Assembly (NCBI GenBank): GCA_964016885.1
Contig: OZ024743.1
Span: 68,758,001 to 68,822,000, forward strand
Origin: Eledone cirrhosa
Lineage: Eukaryota
DNA length: 64,000 nucleotides
Reading direction: 5' to 3'
Position 1 is the stretch's first letter, and each line of letters starts with the position of its first letter. A model generated the notes under the pieces. The model saw nothing but the letters and a program-made list of their open reading frames with translations. It did not search any database and was not told where the DNA came from. Made by a program: the position numbers and the translations under genes. Of this stretch, positions 1-13,775 are shown one piece after another.

Positions 1-308
1 TTCATCCTCAGTGTATCCTGATTAATGTTCAGAGCCATCCTCAGCATTCTCGTGTAGCACCCATCCACCACCTGAGTGAGTTTCTTGGTCAGTGTCCAAG
101 TCTCAGACCCATACAGCAGCACAGACTCCACTACAGCAATGAAGAGGCGGATTTTCAGGTCTCTACGAAGGTCCGACTTCCACACCGATCTCAAGCTGTG
201 ACACGCCGCCCAGGCCTTGCTCTTCCTCTCAACCACATCATCCTCCGTATTCCCAATCTTTGCTCCCAAATACAGGAAGTCCTCAACCAATTCCAGCGGC
301 TTCCCGCC
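1..308 (-). mobile_element. RTE-clade LINE fragment (RT C-terminal region), 5'-truncated against (TA)n and running off the window edge
   Basis: Minus-strand translation GGKPLELVEDFLYLGAKI...KAWAACHSLRSVWKS...KIRLFIAVVESVLLYGSETWTLTK...DGCYTRMLRMAL carries the typical RTE FxYLG and LLYGSETW motifs. Confidence 0.85.
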
Positions 309-390
<82 letters not shown>

Positions 391-409
391 TGTATGTGTG
401 TGTGTGTGT

Positions 410-591
410 AATAAACAACACAATACGATTATTACAATTACCAAATGTGTCACGAAAACAGGTGTGCTCAATAGAGACGTCTAAAATCGTTCATCGTTCC
501 TTTCTAATGAACGGTTTCAGACGTGTCTATTGAGGTCACCTGTCTTCGCGAAACCTTTGGTAAATGGAATAATTGTATTGTTTTGTTTATT
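410..591. repeat. Imperfect fold-back (~85-bp arms, short loop)
   Basis: ataaacaacacaatacgattatt...gacgtctaaaatcgttcat pairs with atgaacggtttcagacgt...aataattgtattgttttgtttat. Confidence 0.8.
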
Positions 592-677
592 ACACAATTA
601 GATAGTTCTGTTGTATACATATAACACTCTTCCTTTTTTACCCTTTATACGGAAATACTCAATGTATATATACATAC

Positions 678-1320
<643 letters not shown>

Positions 1321-2669
1321 ACACACAGAGAGAAAGAGAGTGAGAGAAGCTGTTGCATGAAATCCCTAATGTCACTCCACTAGAGTAACCAGTAGCCACA
1401 TACATGTCAAAGTGATGGATCACTAAACCTTCTGTGGGGATTTATCTTAAAAGGGCTGGGATTACGGAGAATATGTCTTGCAATTGAAGATAACTAAACC
1501 CTCATTAATTATCGAATGGAGGGTATGGATGGCAACGAGGACAATATAACAATGGCTGAATCCTTAATAAAATATGAAGTAACAGCATGTTTCTTTCTCT
1601 TATTATCTTATTGATTTTCATCCCCAGCTGATAATTGGCTAATTTTAAGATTTAGAAGTATGTGATGCAATGCATCTGATAATAGTGATTTCTAATATAG
1701 GCACAAGGCAAGAAATTAGGTGGAAAAAGACAGTCGGATATTGACATATTCGTAATGGCATCAGCTTGAAAATACCTCAGTATTTATTTCAGCACATTAC
1801 ACTTGGAGTCCAGGGTTCATCGAAGTAATCTCTAACTTTTTTCTTCCAAAAGAAATCGACTGTGATTTGACCTGGAAATTTATTGGAAATGATACGTCAT
1901 ATATCAGGACGTTGCCCCTTAAGATTACATATGAAGTTGAAAACCCTTTAACTTCCCTTTAAATTATCGACTCCTAAAGAATGGAAGCTAACGTTTAATT
2001 CGACACGATTTAAACTTGGAAGGTAAGAGTCGTAAAGTATACGCAAATGATATATTCTTACGCTCTAATGATCTTGGCATTCTATAAATAATCGAAATTC
2101 GTTTCAAAATCCGGAAAGAGTGTTCTGCTTTTTATCTATTCAACTATTTCTACAAATAGAATTAATTCAGCTCTAAATCCGGAAAGAATTCTATTGGTCG
2201 GTCTTACACAACGCATTCTATAACGGATTCAGGAGATGTGAAAGAAATCTCCAACAGAATATTACACTAGTGTAACTCAAATGACGAATTTGTTGGTGGT
2301 TTCAACAGATGAGAGCCAAATCTCTAAAGGTATGCTGAAATATTCCATCTCTCAAGGTTCCTAGAATATCCAGATGTAAGAATACATCAAGGGCATCGCA
2401 TGGTTCGCGGACATTTCACCTATTCTACTTTCATCTGGAGACAGCCAGAAAATATTTACATCCAGTGTTTCCAAATATTATCACAGTGAAATCAAACGAA
2501 ACCTTTATTCAAATGAGTTTTTCTACAGACACTCTTCCTAAAATTAATCCCTTCCACATTGCTATATGTTGAAAATAAGAATGAAGAGAGAGAAATATAT
2601 ATATAAGTAGATAAAAATAGATACATAATAGTGTATGAATGCGTTAGGAGTTTGAATATATATCAGGAA

Positions 2670-2694
2670 CAGCAGCAGCAGCAGCAGCAGTAGC

Positions 2695-2755
<61 letters not shown>

Positions 2756-2831
2756 ATAATAGTGGTGGTGGTACTGGTAGTAGTAGCAGGAGTAGTAGTA
2801 GTAGTAGTAGCAGTAGTAGTAGTTGTTGTTC

Positions 2832-2873
<42 letters not shown>
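2670..2873. repeat. (AGC)n/(AGT)n trinucleotide microsatellite
   Basis: Read directly from the sequence. Confidence 0.95.
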
Positions 2874-3179
2874 ATCTGATGAAATAAAATGTATTTTACG
2901 CCTAAAGATACTACAATACAGAAGATACATAATATAGAAGAATGGAATAAATGAATTGAAAAAATGAAAATAAAAAACTAAACAGTAATAAGAATATATG
3001 TGTATATATATATGTGTGTGTATATATATATATGTGTGTGTGTATGTATGTGTGTTGAATATATGCATACATACATTCATACACTCATACATATCCATAT
3101 GTATCTATACATATTCATATATATATTTATATATTAATTCAAAATATAAATAAATATTGACATTCACGTAATCAAATAG

Positions 3180-3244
3180 ATTTTATTATATATATTTCAG
3201 ACGGTACTGTGCTTTTTTTTCAGTACATCCTCATCAGATAATAT
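3180..3244 (-). ncRNA. Minimal type I hammerhead ribozyme (family A)
   Basis: Reverse complement: tat CTGATGA ggatgtactg..cagtaccgtct GAAA tatata TA ataaaat. Confidence 0.7.
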
Positions 3245-4095
3245 ATATAAATTGATGTATGACATACCTCAACTGTACTGATGGTTCAATTCCAGTCTTG
3301 GTAGTGATTAATTACAACAAATCTCAATATTTATATATCCATAAGTACTAACATGATAAACTAAATATAATGGAGGGGGTGAGTAGGAGAATGTGTTGAA
3401 AAAATAAATAAATACATAAATAAGTATTTACTATATTTGTAAGCATTCATTGTTAGTTAATACCGTTCTAACTTTGAATTTATAACTAAATTATTGAATG
3501 TATTTATTAATATAACTATGCTCCAGATTATCATTGAAAATATTTTATATTATTTTATATTATTGTATATTGTTTAATTTTGATATAATATAATAGTATA
3601 ATTTCTATCAAATACAATAGATTAAAAATTTCACGGTGTTTAATTGATCGCTTCTACCTGACTTAATATTTGAAAAAAAAACTGTCACGCACTCATGTCC
3701 CTCTTTTCTTCCTTTCTTTTCCTTATGCAATTATATATTCTACCATCTCTATCTCCTTTCTTTGTTTTTATCTTCATCTCCTTATCTTTTCCCTTTCTCT
3801 TTATTTAGCTCTCTCTCTCTCTCATTTGGTTTTTTTATCTCTAATACGGATATTTACATATTTAAATATTTAAATATTTTACATTTATGTACTTATGTGT
3901 TTAAGTAGTTATTTATTTTATTTATGTATTTATTTATTTTTTCTACACTTTCTCCTACTCACCCTCTACATTATATTTGGTTTGTCATGTTAGTACTTAT
4001 GGTATATAAATATTGAGTTTTGTTGTAATTAATCACTGCCAAGACTGGAATTGAACCATCAACACAGGTGGGGTTTGTCATACATCAATTTATAT

Positions 4096-4159
4096 ATTTT
4101 ATCTGATGAGGACGTACTGAAAAGAGAGCACAGTACCGCTGAAATATATATAATAAAAT
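4096..4159 (+). ncRNA. Minimal type I hammerhead ribozyme (family A)
   Basis: attttat CTGATGA ggac gtactg/cagtac cgct GAAA tatata TA ataaaat; 7-bp stem I and palindromic stem III. Confidence 0.8.
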
Positions 4160-4238
4160 TATATATTACATATATATATATATAATATATATATATATAT
4201 AATATATATATTTATATATATATATATATGTATATATA

Positions 4239-4285
<47 letters not shown>

Positions 4286-4368
4286 CATATATATATATAT
4301 TACATATATATATATATATACTAATATTACATATATATATATATATATTATATATAATATATATCATA

Positions 4369-4596
<228 letters not shown>

Positions 4597-4751
4597 GTCA
4601 ACTTCCTTCGGACCTGCGCCTGCCCAGACCGGTGGGGGTGAATTGGTACTCACAAGGGAACAGATGAAGAACCCAAGAGCACACACTTCGTCCGTTCCCA
4701 TGTCGATTCAATTTGGATTGCCTCGGAAACATAACCAAGCTTATCATATAA

Positions 4752-4828
4752 CAAGCTGTCTGACGATGTCGCTGCACTGGCGCACGAAACAGTGTGGCCA
4801 CTGTCACCTTTGAAATATATATCACAGC
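4752..4828 (+). ncRNA. Type I hammerhead ribozyme with two alternative 3' halves
   Basis: gctgt CTGACGA ... GAAA cagtg-tggc-cactg TC (4786-4805), plus a second GAAA tatata TC acagc (4812-4828) that pairs with gctgt. Confidence 0.6.
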
Positions 4829-4984
4829 ATTATTATCAAAAGACTTGAACATCTGAAACTACTACACTTTTCCTTATTCGATATTTACACCGTCACTCCT
4901 ATGTGGAATAAGTACGTTGACGATCCACAATGTGAAACAATTGTCCTCGATAATGGTGAATTGTTGAATTAATCTATGTATGTT

Positions 4985-5101
<117 letters not shown>

Positions 5102-5117
5102 GTATATATATATTTAC

Positions 5118-5171
<54 letters not shown>

Positions 5172-5434
5172 GTATTTTGATACGTACACACGCCTACGTG
5201 CATACGGCGCTCATCACGCCATATATATAATATTACTGGGTGTGTATTTGAAAATCACTGAATATAACACCTTTGAAAGAAGCCTAAGTAATGAGTTTAT
5301 GGACTTATATAAACATTTTTGTCACTCTTCCCTATTGCTTTCATTGTTTTGTTCTCGTGTTTGCTGTTTCATTCGTCGTCGTCGTTGTTATGTTTGTTGT
5401 AGTTTTTATTTTTACAACTCTTGTGTTTGTTGTG

Positions 5435-5469
<35 letters not shown>

Positions 5470-5944
5470 CTCACTTTTGTCTTACCTTTAAATCACGCAT
5501 GAAATATGAATCGAGATGTGAAAAAAAATATTTATTACATGATGACATATTGAAATAACCGCCCCATGGTAATTCAATTTATTAGAAATTGACGGTAAAT
5601 CTACCTCAAATTAATTGATTTTCTTTTAAGAAAATGATTAAATAACTTTAGATGCAATAGCCCTTCCACTACTTCATTACAAAGGCGTCGTGACTGGAAT
5701 GAGTTTAATTGTATGTCCACTGTCTCATGCCGTTAAGGGTTAAATAACGACAACAAGATTAGACTTCTCCTCTGCTATGCTTCAATACTGGTTTATTTTA
5801 ATTTTATTGCGATTGCTATGAATATTTTTGTTTTTGTAAGTCTGTTAGGCTTATCTGACAAACATTTAGCTTATTTCTTTCGCCACATTACGTTTTGACT
5901 TCAAGAAATCCTCTATCTATCTATACATCAAATATATCTATCTA

Positions 5945-6060
5945 TCTGAAGGACTAGCGTCCGAAACGTTAAAACCCTCTGCCTACTATATCAAGCGTTA
6001 ACCTAATATATCCCTTCCATATACTGTAACGATTGTGGTGTTATTTCTCTTTACCTTTTA
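5945..6060 (+). mobile_element. PLE 3'-terminal fragment with a truncated HHR; other copies at 17720-17825(-), 34250-34370(-) and 39450-39580(-)
   Basis: tgaa ggac tagc gtcc GAAA cgt TA followed by the shared tail tatcaagcgttaacctaatatatcccttccat...gttatttctctttacc. Confidence 0.65.
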
Positions 6061-6076
6061 CACACACACACACATA

Positions 6077-6145
<69 letters not shown>

Positions 6146-6875
6146 GAAAGACGTAAAATAAGAACATTTTAAAAATTAAAAATTAACTTACTTACTAACT
6201 ACTACCATGAACCATAGCAGTACATTTTGGCAAGTTTCGCTCAACAAATAATTTGGAGATAAATATAGAGAATTAGTATATCTACCAACATATGTATACA
6301 GATGTATACCCATGCTAGCAGATGTTATATCTTAGTACCTTTGTGGTTCTATGCAGAGGGATGCAGATCAATTATAGGAAAGACGTAAAATAAGAGAATT
6401 TTAAAAATTAAAAATTAACTTACTAAAATTTTCACTCCAACTAATTAGTTTCCCTAAGGGAATAAATATAGTTAATAGAATTTGCCACTGACCAAGTAGG
6501 CAGTGAATTTTTCAATGCCCTGGAATTTAGTCCCCGCTAGCTTTATTCCATCCACTGAATTATTATTTTTATATGGGTTCCTAGTGTCCGCGCATTGCCT
6601 GGGAACTTAGCTGAGAATAGACTCCCTGATGACGTAAGGACTTCTCTATAGTTACATTACGTAACTATATTTATTCCCTTAGAGAAACTAATTAGTTGGA
6701 GTGAACATTTTAGTAAGTTAATTTTTAATTTTTATAAATGTTCTTATTTTACGTCTTTCATATAATTGTTCTGCATCCCCCTGCATAGAACCACAAATGT
6801 ACTAGGACATAACATATATATCTGCTAGCATGGGTATACATCTGTATACACATGTTGGTAGATATACTAATTCTC
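6146..6875. mobile_element. Fold-back copy of the 550-nt retrozyme-like family (diverged subfamily of 45381-47297)
   Basis: Shared aaagacgtaaaataaga..., agtgtccgcgcattgcctgg and ctgagaatagactccctgatgacg; direct repeat at 6146/6378, then an inversion at ~6475; (TA)n on both sides. Confidence 0.8.
6621..6702 (+). ncRNA. Type I HHR with extended two-helix stem II
   Basis: actcc CTGATGA c gtaagg..tatagtt..aactata..ccttag a GAAA ctaattag TT ggagt. Confidence 0.8.
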
Positions 6876-6884
6876 TCTCTCTCT

Positions 6885-7032
<148 letters not shown>

Positions 7033-7078
7033 AAGTAAAATAAATAAGTTAAATGTTTAAAATTTAGCTTCGTTTATT

Positions 7079-7133
7079 ACTGCTATATATATTTCGGTGA
7101 CAGCCATCTTTGGCTGTGACCTCTTCAGGCAGT
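7079..7133 (-). ncRNA. Minimal type I HHR in a ~110-nt PLE end; second copy at 27032-27086
   Basis: Reverse complement: actgc CTGAAGA ggtcacagcc-aaagat-ggctgtcacc GAAA tatata TA gcagt aataaa. Confidence 0.85.
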
Positions 7134-7134
7134 C

Positions 7135-7182
<48 letters not shown>

Positions 7183-7835
7183 ACGTATATACATATGTAT
7201 ATATACACACGTATATACATGTATATATAATCATATATATACGTATTTAATAACTTTTTATTCATTATATATTTTCCCCACTTTTCGTAGACGTTATGCC
7301 CTTCTCTCTAGAGGTTCTCTACCCCTTATAATTGAAAACATACCCTTATTGTGTTGTCTTTTCTATATACTGTATTATAAAGAGCCCGGTACTTATTCCT
7401 TGAGCTTATTAAATTACAGGGGATTAACGGCAGTCTTTAACTCCATGGAGTATAGTGAGTGCTTTCAAGCTAATACTATATACACTTCAAGTCTTCCTTA
7501 CCACCCCTTCTGTAGCCTCAGCATTGTATTAATGCCCCCTCCGACATTCGTGGCATTTTTCGTTGCCTACAAGAGATTTAGCTCCGTTTTTTTACCGATG
7601 TATCACGTGATAGCCCACCCCCCTCCGGCTTCCCGAGATTCTTTCGCACGGTGCAGACCCGTTTTGAAACTTTAAATGAGGTATTCTCTTGATAAGTTGG
7701 CAAACCTCACAAGAATACTACATCTCTATGATATTGGATTTTTGCAAAGTAGCCACGAAACTGTACAATCGGGAATTTGAAGAAAATATAGATATTTATT
7801 TATTTATGTCTAATATTTCTTCTTTCTTTATAATG

Positions 7836-7890
<55 letters not shown>

Positions 7891-8308
7891 CCTATATATC
7901 TCTATGGGTACTTAGTACTCAGTGAGATATTTACTTCATTTTTATACATTCTCCAATCTATGTAGAGAAAAAATTCGTTGTTGCTTACTGCTATTTTTTT
8001 AGCAGCCAAGCCATCAACAAGTCTTTAATATTCCCGCTTGCACTAGCGGCTGGTTCACGTGTGGGTCACTTTAACGGCCATAACTCATACGAGCTTGTAG
8101 TTGGCATTATATTTGCGGACCGTGGGATATATGTCCTATAGAAAGGAAATAGCTATCTGATGAAATCTACTTTCCGTTGGAAATTCTCTGAATTTCCAAT
8201 CTTTTGTAGATGGAACCCGCCGGTAATAGCAATATGAACAGGTAGATATTTAAATCATTTTTTAATTTATTTAAAGGATTGTTTAATGTTTCTTTGTTCT
8301 TCTCATCA

Positions 8309-8339
<31 letters not shown>

Positions 8340-8342
<3 letters not shown>

Positions 8343-9215
8343 GAAAAATGGCGTGCTGTGTTGTTGCTAATGTGATATACAAATTAAAATGAAGAATTAG
8401 AAATAGAATCCAGGTCAATCCATCATCAGTCGTCTACTAGCCATCATAGGTATTTCTTCGAATTAAAGACCAGATACCTCAGGCTAGCGCGAACAATAAT
8501 TAAAATAAGTTATTGTGATAAAAAGAATTGGATGGAGAAATAGAGACAGGTAAACAAATACGAATGGTGAGGCACGTAAAGAGAGGAAAAAAATGAGAAA
8601 ATCAAGTCAATGATTCATTTGAACATAAGAACTTGCTAATATTGACGAGAAGACGAAACACACATCTTAACCGTGCGAAAGTAAGCGAGAAAAAGAATTT
8701 CGCACGGTGTGGGACGATGGAGGAAGTGAGAAGAGGGTGAGTAGCAGAGCGTGAGTGAGTGAAAAAGTATGAGGTAGAGGCTAGCCGAGAGAGAGTGACT
8801 AGCAGAGGGGATTAATGAAAGTAAGAGGTAGGAGAGAGAAAGGAGAGAGAGAAAGGGATATCAGTAAGGGAAGAAAAAAAGACAGGTCACAGCGAAGGGG
8901 AAAGCATATAGGAATGAAAAATGGCATGCTGTGTTGTTGCAATTGTGATATACAAATTAAAATGAAGAATTAGAAATAGAAGCCAGGACTATCCATCATC
9001 AGTGGTCTACTAGCCATCATAGGTATTTCTTCACATTAAAGACCAGATACCTCAGGCTAGCGCGAACAATAACTAAAATAAATTATTGGGATTAAAAAAA
9101 TGGGGTGGAGAAAGAGAGACAGGTAAACAAACACGAATGGTGAGGCAACGTAAAGAGAGGAAAAAATGAGAAAATCAAGTCAATGATTCTATTTCTAATT
9201 CTTCATTTTAATTTA
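8340..9215 (-). mobile_element. ~573-nt tandem (1.5x) non-coding retroelement-like unit with a short terminal inversion; copies at 19515-20035 and 52207-53003(+)
   Basis: Direct repeat at 8340/8913; short inversion 9187-9215; same 3' end (gc(c/a)atttt-cat + (TA)n) as the 52-kb copy. Confidence 0.75.
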
Positions 9216-9596
9216 TATGTATTTCTCTATATATATGTCTGTGTGTGTGTGTCTGTGTTGTTTTTCTCGCACAAACCACAAGCCCCTCATCTCAATTCTA
9301 GTTTTGAAAAGCATAAGAACTCTGAAACCAGTAAACAAAACAAATATATATTCTATAAAATACTCCAGTTGCATTTTCGATTTCTTTTCATTATACTTTC
9401 ACTCCTGTAGGACATCTCGTTTTGTTCATATATTAGTTTGACCTGTGTTAGTTTGACAACATATCGACATTTTGTTGTTTTTATATTATATATATATTAT
9501 TTTAGAAATGACTTCTCCAGAACTAGAACTGTGTTATTCTTAAGGAATCTTTTGTGTGGTTACCACCTGATCTGCAACGTAAATACACACACACAC

Positions 9597-9663
<67 letters not shown>

Positions 9664-9956
9664 AACATTTACTCATAGTTAACTAATGAAGGATTGCCAG
9701 TGAATAATTTAAGCTAAATGTGTTTATGTCATAGATAGAAATATAGAGAACTTTCATTAAATTGTAGTAGAGGAAAGGTGACATATTTAACAAAGAGCAT
9801 ATATATCAAGTTGAGATGATAGATAAGTGTTCGTAAAATATTTAGTCCTTTACCATTGTCTCACACACATTCCTCAATAAATCTCAAGATTAAACCTATC
9901 TAACTACACTTAAACCTTCACACTGAAAAATTGTACTAATAATATGAATAGTAATA

Positions 9957-10102
9957 ATTGTTTCTACATTTGGCACATGGCCAGCAATTAAACCAGTGTA
10001 TTATTTGTGCTTTATTTTACCGATCCTTGGCGGAATTTGAAATCAGACCGTAAAGAGTTGGAAAACATGGCGTCCGACACTCTACCGATACTGCCAATCC
10101 AT
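9957..10102 (-). mobile_element. tRNA-derived SINE, degenerate (same family as 18084-18268)
   Basis: tttctacatttggcacatggccagcaatt...ggcggaatttgaaatcaga...ctctaccgatactgccaatcc. Confidence 0.7.
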
Positions 10103-10509
10103 TAATATGAATAGTACATAATAACACAACTAACCTTTTCCCTGACCAAATTACTAAATCTAACAATTCTGAATTTAACTGTAAAATTCCTAGTAGATGT
10201 CACCTAAATGGCTATTGCTGTATATACATATATACTTGTGTTATTATGTGTATATATATTTATATGTATATTTTATTTATTTTTCAATAATTATTTGTAT
10301 CTGTATTAATTTCTTGAATGGATAAATACAGTGACATTAATATGTAGTTTTTCTCCTAAATTCTCTGCACAACTTCATTTGTGATTCTAATGGTAGTATT
10401 TTGTGTTCTCAAACATGGGCTAGGGTTATTTCTTCGGTATTACCATCCATACCTCGAATGATCACATACGGATTTGAAACCCCAAAACGTTCGACTTACA
10501 CCGGATATC

Positions 10510-10546
<37 letters not shown>

Positions 10547-11758
10547 TTTAAGTCTGTCTGCATTCATATCGGTATTGAAACGTCTTATAACTCTGAGTAG
10601 TTTCAGAATTCTTACAATTATCGCATTAGATTTTTCTAGTAAGTAATTCATTTAGCTAAATATTATTAAGATAAGCAACGTAACGATGTTGTGAGCGATA
10701 TATCAGCTGTGCCGAAAATGCTGTGATGACTATTTTCTTCTTTCATTTCTTGCGACCAGCATTCTTTGTATTCCCACCCCGTCCAAGGTACTCACATTGT
10801 TGCACCAGTTTTCGATGTATCAACCATCCACATTTATATTTTAGGTGGAAGGCAAACATTTTCCTCGCCTAACCACCAAATATGCATTTTTGTACACAGT
10901 AATTGTCATTCCGATGTGTGTGTGGAATATCGGTTAATGAGATCCAATTACGTTTTTATACGATTGACCCTAGGTCCATACAAATCATATTTACTGCAAA
11001 GAAATGTTGAGAGATGTTTCTAGATTCAGGTTATTTATTTCTGTAAACACTATGTTTTGTGAGTAGGAATGATAAAAGATTTAATGAGAAGACAAAAGCA
11101 CAAGTAACAAGTTATCACACTACAGGAAGTCATTTTGTTAACGTGTGATGTCAGATTTGATTTGTTTGTTGTCAACATTCAAATGTAAGCGTTATACTAA
11201 GTCCTGGTTGGTTAGATGTTGAATATCAACTACAAGTGCTTATGAAAACTTAGGATAATTATAATATTTTGATATTTCATCCATATGGTACAAAGATAAT
11301 GCGTTCTTCTTGTTCACTTACACGGCAACCACATTTATACGATTCTTTACAGTATTTTTTTTTGTTTTTTTTTTGTCTTTACGCCTTGCTCTGTATAAAT
11401 TTGTTACTGACTTGCTGTTTTATATAGCATTATACTTCCGTTTTGTCAGCCGTGTTGTATCAGTCTTGGAATCATAATGACCATTACGATCAGATTGAAA
11501 TAGTGTAAATATTATACATAATCTCCAAGTTGAATCTTATTATAGTGTATATTTTATTGCTTCAATGTACATGTTAATAACAATAAAATTCTTCGTTTGG
11601 CTATCATTATGAATGCAAATGCAATATAATTTCACTGCTATTTGGGCATGTCTAATCTCGACGAATGCCTTGTTTGTGAAACTTTGTAAAGGGAAACAAA
11701 GTAAAAGCGTGTCGTATACATATATAAACAAATATATATATATATATATTTATATATG

Positions 11759-11869
<111 letters not shown>

Positions 11870-11877
11870 GGAATAGA

Positions 11878-12256
11878 ATGGAATGAAATTTCATTTCTCA
11901 CTCTTAGTACGACAGTTACTTAAATGTAAGTATGTATGTATACGTACATACATATATGTATACAGACGTACAGTAGTATGTATATATATACATACACGCA
12001 CACATATATATATGCACGTATCGGTTTACCGAACATTTATTATAATGCTCGGTTTGTTTGTAAACAAACAAACAGCCCGAATTATGCAGTACAGTGTTTA
12101 GGCAACCACGTCACCTTTTTGTTAAACATTGACCGCGTATTATAATAAATGTTCGGTAAACCCATACGTGCATATATATATGTGTGCATGTATGTATATA
12201 TATACATACTACTGTACGTCTGTATAAATATATGTATGTACGTATACATACATACT

Positions 12257-12260
<4 letters not shown>
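11878..12260. mobile_element. Fold-back element; circularly permuted relative at 13790-14240
   Basis: Inverted arms around 12045-12133 (ccgaacatttattataat / attataataaatgttcgg); gaaatttcatttctca begins this copy and ends the other. Confidence 0.65.
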
Positions 12261-12306
<46 letters not shown>

Positions 12307-12311
<5 letters not shown>

Positions 12312-12478
12312 GAAAAAGTATGACCCCGACGGCAGAGATCAAGCCGTTTTAGTCCAGAAATAGCCGTCGAAACGACTTGAGCTCTGCCGTCGGGGTCATA
12401 CGTCTTCTTATTTCCCACTCTACTACCCTAAGTATTGAGTACTCTTGTGCGTGATGATCCATCTGGTTCCTTGCGACA

Positions 12479-12480
<2 letters not shown>
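12307..12480 (+). mobile_element. Short fold-back element carrying the 3' half of an HHR; copies at 24171-24426 and 58557-58699
   Basis: tagccgtc GAAA cg(a/g)c-ttgagctc(t/a)-gcc(g/a) TC ggggtc preceded by its own reverse complement; shared tail ccactctactacc-ctaagtattgagtact. Confidence 0.7.
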
Positions 12481-12555
<75 letters not shown>

Positions 12556-12590
12556 AATATATATATATATATATATATGTAAGAATATTT

Positions 12591-12644
<54 letters not shown>

Positions 12645-12801
12645 TTTGTGCTCTAAAATAGCGATATGTGTATGAATGTATATATAGTGTATTTTCAAAT
12701 ACACTGTATGCTTAATTAAAAATATTTCGAAGACCTTACGCTATTGTTTTAGAGTAGTGACAGTCTCACTTACTTTAATTTTCAGCAAACAGGGGAGATA
12801 A

Positions 12802-12846
12802 AACTGACAGAGCTCTGTTTCGCACTTTTTGGTGCTTATCAAAGCC
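12802..12846 (-). ncRNA. Type I HHR, U3-A8 core variant
   Basis: Reverse complement: ggct TTGATAA gcac-caaaaa-gtgc GAAA cagagctctg TC agtt. Confidence 0.75.
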
Positions 12847-13127
12847 AAGTATTCGGCCTGTTTGTTGAAAATCATAAATGTTTGATTCTTATAGAATTCT
12901 AGTAATAATCAGGAACTGATAATACAGAGCCGTTGCCGGTCAAACAGAAATTGAAAATTAGAATTGGTGCCCTGAAATAGCAATATATATATGAATGTAT
13001 ATATGGTGTATTTTGCAATACACTGTATGCTTAACCGGCAACCGCTCTGTATAATCAGTTCCTGATTATTACTAGAATTCTATAAGAATCAAACATTCAT
13101 GACTTTCAGCAAACAGGCGGAGTACTT

Positions 13128-13172
13128 AGCTTTGATAAGCACCAATAAGTGCGAAAAAGAGCACTGTCAGCT
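13128..13172 (+). ncRNA. Type I HHR, U3-A8 core variant
   Basis: agct TTGATAA gcac-caataa-gtgc GAAA aagagcactg TC agct. Confidence 0.7.
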
Positions 13173-13304
13173 TTATCTCCCCTGATTGCTGAAAATAAAA
13201 GTAATTGAGACTGTCACTACTCTAAAGCAATAGCGTAAGGTCTTCGATCTTCGAAATGCTTTTAATTAAGAATACAGGGTACTGCAAAATTCACTATATA
13301 TACA

Positions 13305-13429
<125 letters not shown>

Positions 13430-13436
13430 TTATATA

Positions 13437-13497
<61 letters not shown>

Positions 13498-13538
13498 CAA
13501 AATAATAATAAATATAGACATTCACGTAATCAAAATAT

Positions 13539-13603
13539 ATTTTATTATATATATTTCGGAGGTACTGTGCTGTTTTTTTCAGTACGTTCTCATCAGATAA
13601 AAT
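13539..13603 (-). ncRNA. Minimal type I HHR (family A solo copy)
   Basis: Reverse complement: attttat CTGATGA gaac gtactg/cagtac ctcc GAAA tatata TA ataaaat. Confidence 0.75.
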
Positions 13604-13705
13604 ATATAAATTGATGTATGACACACCTCAACTCTGCTGATGGTTCAATTCTAATCTTGTTTAACTTTTAGTAATATATATATATATACATATATTCATA
13701 TACAT

Positions 13706-13775
<70 letters not shown>

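Larger units (their letters stand above)
3138..4160. mobile_element. Non-autonomous PLE-type fold-back element with an outward-facing HHR in each arm (family A)
   Basis: ~250-bp inverted arms 3180-3430 and 3905-4160; solo copy at 13496-13660; (TA)n flank. Confidence 0.75.

Noticed and set aside
8150-8200. ctgatga...gaaa near 8157
   Set aside because: No convincing stem I or stem II pairing
8981-9060. Complete box C/D snoRNA, or a canonical HHR at CTGATGA
   Set aside because: No upstream box C with a terminal stem and no GAAA after stem II; only the kink-turn-like motif is kept as a finding
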